From a virus (lineage: Duplodnaviria > Heunggongvirae > Uroviricota > Caudoviricetes), in IMG/VR virus record IMGVR_UViG_2609460219_000007: 44,629 nucleotides of DNA; one strand, written 5' to 3'. Position 1 is the stretch's first letter. Each line of letters opens with the position of its first letter. The translations under genes and the position numbers were made by a program. The notes below the pieces were generated by a model. That model saw only the letters and a list, made by a program, of their open reading frames with translations, was not told the DNA's origin and ran no database searches. Below, piece after piece: positions 8,860 to 18,167 of the stretch.

Positions 8860-10194
8860 TTATGATACCGATAAAAACTTTTTTGTAATTTCTGCTGCCG
8901 TTTTCTCCATGCTGGGATATACAGTGCTTTCGGATATATTAAGCTGTGCCAGCTCTTCCAGAATTTTATTTTTGTTCGCTATCTCCACTCTGTTAAGAGG
9001 AAACTCAGCATCTGTTTCCGGTAAAATGGGATCAAGTCCGAACAGAAGAAAAGCTCCTGCCTGAGATTGTATGCGTTCATTATTTATTTTTGCCTTAAGG
9101 AAAACAACTTTCTTTAAGTCATCAGGGATTATTCTGTTTCTGAAATATGATTTTTCATTCTGTATAAGGTCTGCAAGTTTATCAGTGAGTTCAGGTAACT
9201 CCATACTACCTTTTCTGGCATCAATGGAAGACAATTTTTCCAACTCTTCGTAAGATAAAAGTGATAAGTTTGCTATACAGCTCACTGTGTCTGAGTCGAA
9301 ATATTTAATTTTCTTTCTGTTTGTTGAAAACGCAATCACCTGTCCGTTTTCATCGGGGTTCGAACAGCAAGCAAAATATAATGCTATCAGTGGGTTAGAT
9401 GTAATGTCTAAGAGTCTTGTAGGCAAGCCATAATGCTGCATGCGGACAAGTTTATCAATCGTAAATTTATCCTCCTTAAATTCATTTGGTCTTGCGCTGA
9501 GTATTTCACGTACTAAATCAGATTCTGAAGCAAGATGCCTGTACGTCCCGTTTTGATTTTTTCTGTAAAGAGAGGGGACAAGCTCATATGAGCTTTTAGA
9601 GTGTCCACGATAGAAGGTAATGAGACCATCACGAAAGTTTTTCTTAATGAAATTAAGATAATCTATAATATTCTCGACTACTGGGTATGTTTGTTTTTTT
9701 AATTTGATTGTACCTTTCAGATGGCTATTTTTTTTGTTTAAACCAAGTAATTCCAGAACAATATTCAAATCCTTATTTTTTACTGCCCAATGTGTACGAC
9801 TTAACCCGAAAGATCCTAGTCCTAGGGTTTCTTTATATAATGTCGTTTGGGGATTCGTTATTTCTCCAAAATCATGATTAATCTTGAAAGAAAATAAAAT
9901 ATCGCCACCATCTTTACGTAAATTTCTTATTTCCCCAAGCCTGATCCTGATGTACTTGTTTGTATCATATTCATCATCTTTTGTATAAATTTCGGTCATG
10001 AACAACACCGGTAGCTTGGCGAGTACTCTTAAGGTATCGGGTCTTATTGGTGTTAATTTTCTGTAAATATTGCTTGGGGTGCCTTCCAGCATGCGGGACA
10101 TCGAGAAGCTTTCCTTGCCTTCTTTAAGCTCAGGGTCCATACACGGCCAGCGGTCAAAAACGTCCGGTTCTCCGGCCATGATTAAGCTAAACAT
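8860..10194 (-). CDS. FRG-domain protein with uncharacterised N-terminal domain (candidate defence/abortive-infection gene)
   Basis: 444-aa ORF with strong RBS (AGGAGA, 5-nt spacer, ATG); central motifs ...ITFYRGHSKSSYELVPSLYR... and ...MQHYGLPTRLLDITSNPLIALYFAC... match the FRG domain family as I recall it; the gene is visibly AT-rich relative to its flanks. Confidence 0.75.
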   Translation of the reverse strand: MFSLIMAGEPDVFDRWPCMDPELKEGKESFSMSRMLEGTPSNIYRKLTPIRPDTLRVLAKLPVLFMTEIYTKDDEYDTNKYIRIRLGEIRNLRKDGGDILFSFKINHDFGEITNPQTTLYKETLGLGSFGLSRTHWAVKNKDLNIVLELLGLNKKNSHLKGTIKLKKQTYPVVENIIDYLNFIKKNFRDGLITFYRGHSKSSYELVPSLYRKNQNGTYRHLASESDLVREILSARPNEFKEDKFTIDKLVRMQHYGLPTRLLDITSNPLIALYFACCSNPDENGQVIAFSTNRKKIKYFDSDTVSCIANLSLLSYEELEKLSSIDARKGSMELPELTDKLADLIQNEKSYFRNRIIPDDLKKVVFLKAKINNERIQSQAGAFLLFGLDPILPETDAEFPLNRVEIANKNKILEELAQLNISESTVYPSMEKTAAEITKKFLSVS

Positions 10195-10694
10195 CGCAAT
10201 CTCCTAAATTTACTTACTAAAGTCAGTGTATTTTTATCATGTTGCTTCATTGTGTATGAAAGTAACATTGGTTGTCCATGCTCGTATGCCTCTCATAATT
10301 CACAAATTTGCGAATATTTTTTATAAAAATTCAAAACTGATAGGGTGACACAATCAAAATTCACAAAGTGAACCTGCTTCTAATGTGGTTACGGTACGAT
10401 CATGTGGGCAATTTCCATTGCTGAAAACTCCGGGATCAACCATGATGTATGAGCTGTAGTATGAAGTCTCTTGCTATCCGGTTAAGTAAATGTCTGCTTC
10501 TCACTCAAAGCGGACTAGAAGGTTAGCTTGCGTCGGACTTGGCGTATTTAAAGAAGTGCTGGTGGTAACTGGTTGTTGTGTTCCATTTCTACAAAACAAA
10601 ATCACAGAAACTATACCCAATAGTTATATTGAATCAATGATGAGACAGCCTCATATTTATCAGAACTGGTGTACGTCCAATACAGGAGGTTGTC

Positions 10695-10784
10695 GTGCTG
10701 GTTCTCAAATGTGCGCTAGCTATTGCGGCTGTAATGGCAATTTATTGTCTTGCTGTTGTTCTTACGGATCGCCTTTCTGATTGA
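10695..10784 (+). CDS. Candidate 29-aa hydrophobic peptide (Hok-like transmembrane segment or type I toxin-like)
   Basis: GTG start 5 nt after a perfect AGGAGG (10684-10689); product (M)LVLKCALAIAAVMAIYCLAVVLTDRLSD is almost entirely a TM helix; about 210 bp upstream of hok. Confidence 0.3.
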   Translation: MLVLKCALAIAAVMAIYCLAVVLTDRLSD

Positions 10785-10995
10785 TTTTATATTGGCGAGG
10801 TGACGGGAGTTAAGTAGAATTGCTGCGGGTGCTTGAGGCTATCTGCCTCAGGCATGAACACCAACGGCAGATAGAGAAAAGCCCCAGTTAACATTACGCG
10901 TCCTGCAAGACGCTTAACATTAATCTGAGGCCAATTTCATGCTAGACATATGTAGGTTAGCCTCTTACGTGCCGAAAGGCAAGGAGAAGCAGGCT

Positions 10996-11151
10996 ATGAA
11001 GCAGCAAAAGGCGATGTTAATCGNCCTGATCGTCATCTGTTTAACCGTCATAGTGACGGCACTGGTAACGAGGAAAGACCTCTGCGAGGTACGAATCCGA
11101 ACCGGCCAGACGGAGGTCGCTGTCTTCACAGCTTACGAACCTGAGGAGTAA
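10996..11151 (+). CDS. hokD: Hok/Gef family type I toxin (HokD/RelF-like)
   Basis: 51-aa product MKQQKAMLI.LIVICLTVIVTALVTRKDLCEVRIRTGQTEVAVFTAYEPEE matches recalled HokD; AAGGAG RBS; in-frame upstream extension (MLDICRLAS...) in the ORF track is probably not translated. Confidence 0.85.
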   Translation: MKQQKAMLIXLIVICLTVIVTALVTRKDLCEVRIRTGQTEVAVFTAYEPEE

Positions 11152-11220
11152 GAGACCCGGCGAGGGAGAAATCCCTCGCCACCTCTGATGTGGCAGGCAT
11201 CCTCAACGCACCCGCACTTA

Positions 11221-11251
11221 ACCCGCTTCGGCGGGTTTTTGTTTTTATTTT
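11221..11251 (+). terminator. Rho-independent terminator after hok
   Basis: ACCCGC-TTCG-GCGGGT hairpin followed by TTTTTGTTTTTATTTT. Confidence 0.7.
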
Positions 11252-11366
11252 CAACGCGTTTGAAGTTCTGGACGGTGCCGGAATAGAATCAAAAATACTT
11301 AAGTAGCGCGCAGGGATAAGAGGGATGGTCCCTTAAAGGGAGAGCTAATTATCCGGAAGGATTCTG

Positions 11367-11618
11367 ATGATGAACATCGAAGAACTGCGTAAAATTTTTT
11401 GTGAAGATGGCCTCTATGCTGTGTGCGTTGAAAATGGAAATCTTGTTAGTCATTACCGCATTATGTGTTTGCGAAAGAATGGGGCTGCGTTAATTAATTT
11501 TGTGGATGGTCGAGTGACAGACGGATTTATCTTGCGCGAAGGTGAGTTTGTCACTTCATTACAGGCACTGAAAGAGATCGGAATAAAAGCAGGCTTTTCA
11601 GCTTTTGCAGAAGAATAA
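11367..11618 (+). CDS. rem: Rem-like small protein (83 aa)
   Basis: 83-aa ORF MMNIEELRKIFCEDGLYAVCVENG...; length and position between hokD and the ydfU-like gene match Qin rem; not search-verified. Confidence 0.5.
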   Translation: MMNIEELRKIFCEDGLYAVCVENGNLVSHYRIMCLRKNGAALINFVDGRVTDGFILREGEFVTSLQALKEIGIKAGFSAFAEE

Positions 11619-11684
11619 ACTCATCTACAATCTTGCGCGGGGCTGAACTCCCGCTGAGTAACACCGTGCCACCGGAGAAAACCG

Positions 11685-11963
11685 ATGGCACGCAACGTAA
11701 AATATTACAATTCTGATAATTCGCCCGTTCTTGCCTGCACGCACGGGCGGTATTCTCACGCATTCAAGTCTGAATGGTTCCAGCACCCTCCATGCACTGC
11801 AGAACAGGCCGAATGGCTGATTCATTCTTACCGCAGGCGCGGGTTCGAGGTTAAGAAAGCTCTCAGTCTCGACTATCGGCACTGGATAATCTCTGTCAGG
11901 CTGCCTTATTCCGAACGCCCACCACGTGCGTCCCGCACTTTCCAGCAACGGATCTGGAGGTAA
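11685..11963 (+). CDS. Hypothetical protein (92 aa), translationally coupled to the downstream gene
   Basis: ORF ends TAA at 11961-11963, one base before the GTG of the next gene; contains Cys/His residues. Confidence 0.4.
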   Translation: MARNVKYYNSDNSPVLACTHGRYSHAFKSEWFQHPPCTAEQAEWLIHSYRRRGFEVKKALSLDYRHWIISVRLPYSERPPRASRTFQQRIWR

Positions 11964-11964
11964 C

Positions 11965-13014
11965 GTGCGGGTATTACTTAGACCTGTTCTGGTGCCTGAG
12001 CTTGGGCTGGTGGTCCTTAAGCCGGGCCGTGAATCCATACAGATATTTCATAATCCTCGAGTGCTGGTGGAACCGGAACCAAAAAGCATGCGTAATCTGC
12101 CATCCGGAGTCGTTCCTGCCGTTCGCCAGCCGCTGGCGGAAGACAAAACATTGCTACCGTTTTTTAGTAACGAACGGGTGATTCGTGCTGCTGGCGGCGT
12201 TGGCGCATTGTCTGACTGGCTATTACGTCATGTTACATCCTGCCAGTGGCCTAATGGCGATTACCATCACACTGAAACAGTCATTCACCGTTATGGTACC
12301 GGCGCAATGGTGTTGTGCTGGCACTGCGACAACCAACTGCGTGACCAGACATCGGAATCACTGGAGCTGCTTGCTCAACAAAATCTGACAGCATGGGTGA
12401 TTGACGTCATCCGTCACGCAATAAGCGGTACGCAGGAGCGGGAATTATCTTTGGCTGAATTATCCTGGTGGGCGGTCTGCAATCAGGTGGTGGATGCACT
12501 ACCTGAGGCTGTATCGCGTCGTTCGCTGGGATTACCAGCGGAAAAAATCTGCTCGGTGTACCGCGAAAGCGACATCGTACCGGGAGAGCAGACCGCCACC
12601 AGCATATTGAAACAACGCACAAAAAATCTTGCACCGTTGCCTTACGCCCACCAGCAACAAAACCCATCACAGGAAAAGACGGTGGTAAGCATCAACGTTG
12701 ATCCAGAGTCTCCGGAATCTTTCATGAAGCTGCCTAAACGTCGCCGCTGGGTTAAGGAGAAATACACTCGTTGGGTTAAGACACAGCCGTGTGCTTGCTG
12801 CGGTATGCCAGCCGACGATCCGCATCATCTGATTGGTCACGGGCAGGGCGGAATGGGAACAAAAGCACATGATCTCTTTGTGTTGCCTTTGTGCAGAAAG
12901 CATCACAACGAGCTGCATACGGATACAGTGGCATTTGAAGAGAAGTATGGCTCCCAACTGGAGCTGATATTTCGTTTTATCGATCGCGCGCTGGCAATTG
13001 GCGTACTGGCGTAA
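11965..13014 (+). CDS. ydfU: DUF968-type protein with C-terminal HNH-like Cys/His motif (YdfU-like)
   Basis: 349-aa product if started at GTG 11965 (GGAGG 5 nt upstream); C-terminus ...CACCGMPADDPHHLIGHGQGGMGTKAHDLFVLPLCRKHHNELH...; length equals recalled YdfU. Confidence 0.55.
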   Translation: MRVLLRPVLVPELGLVVLKPGRESIQIFHNPRVLVEPEPKSMRNLPSGVVPAVRQPLAEDKTLLPFFSNERVIRAAGGVGALSDWLLRHVTSCQWPNGDYHHTETVIHRYGTGAMVLCWHCDNQLRDQTSESLELLAQQNLTAWVIDVIRHAISGTQERELSLAELSWWAVCNQVVDALPEAVSRRSLGLPAEKICSVYRESDIVPGEQTATSILKQRTKNLAPLPYAHQQQNPSQEKTVVSINVDPESPESFMKLPKRRRWVKEKYTRWVKTQPCACCGMPADDPHHLIGHGQGGMGTKAHDLFVLPLCRKHHNELHTDTVAFEEKYGSQLELIFRFIDRALAIGVLA

Positions 13015-13027
13015 GTGGAGAACGAGC

Positions 13028-13780
13028 ATGAACCTTGAAGCCTTACCAAAATATTACTCCCCAAAATCTCCAAAATTGAGCGATGACGCTCCAGCGACAG
13101 GCACCGGTTGTTTAACAATTACGGATGTAATGGCAGCGCAGGGGATGGTGCAGTCGAAAGCACCACTTGGGTTGGCCTTATTTCTGGCAAAAGTTGGTGT
13201 TCAGGACCCTCAGTTTGCGATTGAAGGCCTGCTAAATTACGCGATGGCACTGGATAACCCGACATTGAACAAATTGAGTGAAGAAATCCGGTTACAGATT
13301 ATTCCTTACCTCGTGAGTTTTGCCTTTGCTGATTACTCCAGGTCTGCGGCAAGTAAGGCTCGCTGTGAGCATTGTTCAGGTACGGGATTTTATAATGTAT
13401 TGCGCGAAGTGGTGAAACACTACAGACGCGGGGAATCTGTAATCAAGGAAGAATGGGTGAAGGAACTATGTCAGCATTGCCATGGTAAGGGCGAAGTCAG
13501 CACAGCGTGCAGAGGGTGTAAGGGTAAAGGGATTGTTCTGGATGAAAAAAGAACCCGGTTTCATGGCGTACCGGTATATAAGATTTGTGGGCGTTGTAAT
13601 GGAAACCGGTTTAGTCGTTTACCGACCACGCTGGCACGACGTCATGTCCAGAAGCTGGTACCAGACCTGACCGATTATCAGTGGTATAAGGGGTATGCGG
13701 ACGTCATTGGTAAACTGGTAACAAAGTGCTGGCAGGAAGAAGCATACGCGGAAGCGCAATTGAGGAAGGTGACGAGATAA
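13028..13780 (+). CDS. quuQ: Late-gene antiterminator Q
   Basis: 250-aa product from MNLEALPKYY; Cys-rich zinc-finger region (CEHCSGTGF...CQHCHGKGE...CRGCKGKG...CGRCNGN); followed by a tR'-like terminator. Confidence 0.8.
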   Translation: MNLEALPKYYSPKSPKLSDDAPATGTGCLTITDVMAAQGMVQSKAPLGLALFLAKVGVQDPQFAIEGLLNYAMALDNPTLNKLSEEIRLQIIPYLVSFAFADYSRSAASKARCEHCSGTGFYNVLREVVKHYRRGESVIKEEWVKELCQHCHGKGEVSTACRGCKGKGIVLDEKRTRFHGVPVYKICGRCNGNRFSRLPTTLARRHVQKLVPDLTDYQWYKGYADVIGKLVTKCWQEEAYAEAQLRKVTR

Positions 13781-13889
13781 ATGATTTTTGCTGAAGATGG
13801 CGACATGATGTTTGCATTTTTCAAAAAATATGGATAAAATTTTTTCAACGATGGGCTTTGTATAACCGACGTTAAGAAAAAGTAGAAAA

Positions 13890-13915
13890 CCCGCTGATGA
13901 GCGGGTTTTGTGCTT
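13890..13915 (+). terminator. tR'-like intrinsic terminator downstream of Q
   Basis: CCCGC-TGATGA-GCGGG hairpin followed by TTTTGTGCTTT about 110 bp after the Q stop. Confidence 0.65.
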
Positions 13916-14201
13916 TAAATGGGGCAATGGTAATGTTGAATCTCATCCCGGGACTCATGTCTGTTAACTTATTATTTAGCTGGTGACTTGGTTATTTGCC
14001 TGATGTTTAAAATGTTTTCTTCCAGTACAATGTCCCTAAACACAATGAGTCTGCTTATTATATTATTAGCAGAGCTATTACGGCCAAAGTACAGCATAAG
14101 CTTTTAAAGCCAATCATCCAGTCATCAAGACAGACGGGGTTATTCATAAAAACTCTCCATGTGTGATCCGATGGGGCCTGAAATTAAAGCTTTAATATAG
14201 C

Positions 14202-14414
14202 TCATGAAAGGTAAACATTGGCAGCTGAAGGGCCACGCAGACCATTTATCCGGCAAAATTCCACGCGTAATCCGGTGGTAATTTCTTCTGCATCGCGGAG
14301 ATTGAGCGCTGAAACATGAAGCTGGACATCGATACGACCATCGGATGGGGTGATAAGACCCTTGCCGCTTTTGCCGTCAAAGGTTTTGACAATTCCTGTC
14401 ATTTTACGGGACAA
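14202..14414 (-). CDS. cspF: Cold-shock-like protein (CspF/CspH type)
   Basis: 70-aa product [26 protein letters not shown]...; CSD fold signature; Qin-like position. Confidence 0.8.
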
Positions 14415-14714
14415 AAAAATTCCTTAATACTGATAACTTGGCGCACTATACACACGTTCCTGAAGAAAGCTATAGTTTTTTGATGGGGTTGAAGATGGCT
14501 GGATGTCTAAAATAAACATTGCTTCATATGTTCAACTATGCGTTAATGATTGCGTCGGTTTGAAGAACAGACGATATACGAAGTAGTTTACTAAAGCAGT
14601 TCTCATTTCAGGTGTTATTCACTTATTCCTTCTTTGAGTCTCTCCAATTAAGTACGAAGTCGTTTCTGTTATGCAAACCATTTATGCCGAAAGGCTCAAG
14701 TTAAGGAATGTAGA

Positions 14715-14930
14715 ATGTCAAATAAAATGACTGGTTTAGTAAAATGGTTTAACGCTGATAAAGGTTTCGGCTTTATTTCTCCTGTTGATGGTAGTAAAGA
14801 TGTGTTTGTGCATTTTTCTGCGATTCAGAATGATAATTATCGAACCTTATTTGAAGGTCAAAAGGTTACCTTCTCTATAGAGAGTGGTGCTAAAGGTCCT
14901 GCAGCAGCAAATGTCATCATTACTGATTAA
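14715..14930 (+). CDS. cspB: Cold shock protein CspB-like
   Basis: 71-aa product [38 protein letters not shown]... with RNP motifs; long upstream leader as in cspA-family genes. Confidence 0.85.
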   Translation: MSNKMTGLVKWFNADKGFGFISPVDGSKDVFVHFSAIQNDNYRTLFEGQKVTFSIESGAKGPAAANVIITD

Positions 14931-15213
14931 AATTCATCGCTCGTCTGTATACGATAACGAAGAAGGCTGATGCCTGAGTAGAGATACGGACAGAGTAGTG
15001 AATATTGGATCTCTTTAATAAAAATAAGGAGGTCCAATACATGAAACAATGGCCAGCATATTTGGCAAAACCTTAATCAGGAAAAGTATGCTAACCATTG
15101 TGGTGAAGTGCAGGTTTGCTGCATGAATAGTTTTACAGCAGAAGCTAACTGCTGGCATGGCAAAACAAAGTGCGTAAGTGGATGACTCCCACAAAAAGCA
15201 CCACAATCTCAAA

Positions 15214-15234
15214 CCCGCTCAGGCGGGTTTTTTA
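15214..15234 (+). terminator. Rho-independent terminator
   Basis: CCCGC-TCAG-GCGGG hairpin followed by TTTTTTATT. Confidence 0.7.
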
Positions 15235-15292
15235 TTATCTGCTTTAAATATATTATTAAAATATAAAAAATACTTGTTACTAATAAAATCAA

Positions 15293-15463
15293 TCAGGCTA
15301 CAGCTTTAAGATTTGTCTGGAATACTTTGTTGCAATGAGGGCAGATCAAAAGGGCACCTTTTTGTACTCTTGAAAAACTGTGTTCTGACTCTTGGGTGCA
15401 GTTTGGGCAGGAGCATTTAACGAGATAATTACGGCGTGATTTTGAGTCTTTACGTTCTGACAT
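15293..15463 (-). CDS. Small zinc-ribbon protein (56 aa)
   Basis: MSERKDSKSRRNYLVKCSCPNCTQESEHSFSRVQKGALLICPHCNKVFQTNLKAVA; AGGAA RBS 6 nt upstream; CxCxxC...CxxC pattern. Confidence 0.55.
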   Translation of the reverse strand: MSERKDSKSRRNYLVKCSCPNCTQESEHSFSRVQKGALLICPHCNKVFQTNLKAVA

Positions 15464-15682
15464 AGGCTTTTCCTGTATAAATGGCCGTATACAGTACACT
15501 AAATATGAAAACATTTCTCGTATTATTATTTTATATATGATTTTCTTTCAAAATAATTACCCACATTTTTAATGTGTATGTTTTTTTAGCGCCGTTGAGA
15601 ACAACGTGTGCTGTCAAAACTACCCCGTAGACTCCGATCTTTTCAAACATATTGCACCATCCGTGTACATCGGGGTGAGGAT

Positions 15683-15898
15683 ATGAAATCAATGGATAAG
15701 TTAACAACAGGTGTTGCCTATGGCACATCGGCGGGTAATGCTGGTTTCTGGGCATTGCAGTTACTCGATAAAGTAACTCCGTCACAGTGGGCTGCAATCG
15801 GTGTGCTGGGTAGCCTGGTTTTTGGCCTGCTGACGTATCTGACAAATCTTTATTTCAAGATTAAAGAAGACAGGCGTAAGGCTGCGAGAGGAGAGTAA
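15683..15898 (+). CDS. essQ: Phage-21-type class II holin/pinholin with dual-start motif
   Basis: 71-aa product [75 protein letters not shown] dual start; two TM helices. Confidence 0.8.
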   Translation: MKSMDKLTTGVAYGTSAGNAGFWALQLLDKVTPSQWAAIGVLGSLVFGLLTYLTNLYFKIKEDRRKAARGE

Positions 15899-15902
15899 TT
15901 CA

Positions 15903-16367
15903 ATGACTCAAAACTATGAACTGATTGTGAAAGGGATCCGCAATTTTGAGAATAAAGTTACGGTAACTTTAGCATTACAGGACAAAGAACGCTTTGACGG
16001 TGAAATTTTTGACCTGGACATCTCGCTGGACCGTGTTGAAGGTGCCGCGCTGGAGTTTTATGAGGCAGCAGCCAGAATGAGCATCAGACAGGTCTTCCTG
16101 GATGTTGCTGCCGGGTTATGTGAAGGGGATGAGCAGTCGCCGGAAAAGCGCCCCATAATTTTAGAGGCGCAGAATGTGTGGATAACCTACAAAGGAAAGC
16201 TACCGGGAAGAATTACTGGTTCTCTGAAGACGCCACCGACGGCATTGCGGTCAGAAAAAGATGATATTGAATCGCCCATTGAAAAACTGGAGGGTAGCGT
16301 CGCTGATCTGAATAAAAAATTGTCGGTGCTGATTCCTTCTGAAGATGNAAAAAAAACGCCGCGATGA
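15903..16367 (+). CDS. Hypothetical protein inserted between holin and endolysin
   Basis: 154-aa ORF starting 4 nt after the holin stop; one N; no recognised motif. Confidence 0.5.
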   Translation: MTQNYELIVKGIRNFENKVTVTLALQDKERFDGEIFDLDISLDRVEGAALEFYEAAARMSIRQVFLDVAAGLCEGDEQSPEKRPIILEAQNVWITYKGKLPGRITGSLKTPPTALRSEKDDIESPIEKLEGSVADLNKKLSVLIPSEDXKKTPR

Positions 16368-16402
16368 GCAGTTTGCGGCGTTTTACGATTATTGCATTGA
16401 AG

Positions 16403-16663
16403 TTACTCGCAGGAATTTTGTGAAGATTTTTGAGGAGGGTAAATCTCTTCAGTAAGCTTAATGGCGGACGCTGCAATTAATTCAGGAAGGTCCGCAAGGT
16501 CATCTGTCAGTGGATATGATGAAAAATCGGCGGCAGTTCTGTTAAGAAGCGCTTTAACTAATTCCTTTTCCTTCTCCGGCAACAAGTTGATTAGAGCTAC
16601 GACTGCTTGCCTGAGTGCGATTAAATCAGCAAAAGTTTGTTTTGGTAGATTTGTGTAATCCAT
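16403..16663 (-). CDS. Hypothetical acidic protein encoded antisense to the lysis cassette
   Basis: 86-aa ORF (MDYTNLPKQTFADLIALRQAVVALINLL...) with GAGGTG upstream of the ATG; opposite strand between lysis genes. Confidence 0.4.
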   Translation of the reverse strand: MDYTNLPKQTFADLIALRQAVVALINLLPEKEKELVKALLNRTAADFSSYPLTDDLADLPELIAASAIKLTEEIYPPQKSSQNSCE

Positions 16664-16776
16664 AGTCACCTCTGTGTTTATCAGATTGACATCCTCCTCC
16701 CGCCAGTGCCCATCACTGGTGAGGTAAGATTTAACATATCCGGGGATTTGAAGCCGATAAATCCTGATAAATATCC

Positions 16777-17306
16777 ATGAACGTAAAAATCAGATACAGC
16801 CTGTCGGCTGCTGTTCTGGCACTGATTGCCGCCAGTGCTCCTGCCCCCGACATTCTCGATCAGTTTCTGGATGAAAAAGAGGGGAATCACACCACTGCAT
16901 ACCGCGATGGCTCCGGCATATGGACCATCTGTCGGGGAGCAACGATGGTGGACGGTAAACCTGTTATTCCGGGAATGAAACTGTCGAAGGAAAAATGCGC
17001 CCAGGTTAACGCCATTGAGCGGGATAAGGCGCTGGCATGGGTGGAGCGCAATATAAAAGTTCCACTGACCGAGCCACAGAAAGCCGGTATCGCGTCATTC
17101 TGTCCCTATAACATTGGCCCTGGTAAGTGTTTTCCGTCGACGTTTTATAAGCGGCTTAATGCCGGTGATCGTAAAGGCGCATGCGAGGCGATTCGCTGGT
17201 GGATAAAGGACGGTGGACGTGATTGCCGCATTCGTTCAAATAATTGTTACGGTCAGGTTATTCGTCGTGACCAGGAGAGTGCATTAACCTGCTGGGGGAT
17301 AGAACA

Positions 17307-17310
<4 letters not shown>
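16777..17310 (+). CDS. rrrQ: SAR endolysin (phage-21 R-like lysozyme)
   Basis: 177-aa product with N-terminal SAR helix ([17 protein letters not shown]) and the lysozyme catalytic spacing E-x8-D-x5-T ([16 protein letters not shown]). Confidence 0.85.
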
Positions 17311-17804
<494 letters not shown>

Positions 17805-18167
17805 ATTAATATTAAATCGGATTATTTTTAGCGCTGAATGTGAAATTTAAATAAAAAGGACTCTTCCATGAGTCAAAATCCTTGAAATCTTAAGGGTAAG
17901 ATAAAAGGTCATTAGACAGAATGACACGTTTTATTAATAAATAAAGCTATTGTTTCATTCGTGTGTTTTTCTTTACAAAAGTAATCCTTGCTATGGTTGG
18001 TTAATCATGCGTTAATGGTGTTCTGGTTTGTTACAAAATTATCTGAAGCAGTCATTGTTATAATTTTATTATTTGTACCTCTTGAGATTTCCTTGTTGGT
18101 TTTTCTCTCTGATATTTTTTTTCGGACCATTCTGCCCAAGGGCTAACTTCTTCAAAAGGTAATAATG

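Noticed and set aside
10490-10780. 96-aa Cys-rich ORF (MSASHSKRTRRLACVG...SCCCSYGSPF)
   Set aside because: No RBS, odd composition, and it overlaps a better-supported short ORF with a perfect SD in another frame; most likely a spurious frame in the hok leader region.
12998-13027. Upstream in-frame extension of Q (MAYWRKWRTS...)
   Set aside because: Overlaps the 3' end of the ydfU-like gene; starting at MNLEAL gives the 250-aa length expected for QuuQ.
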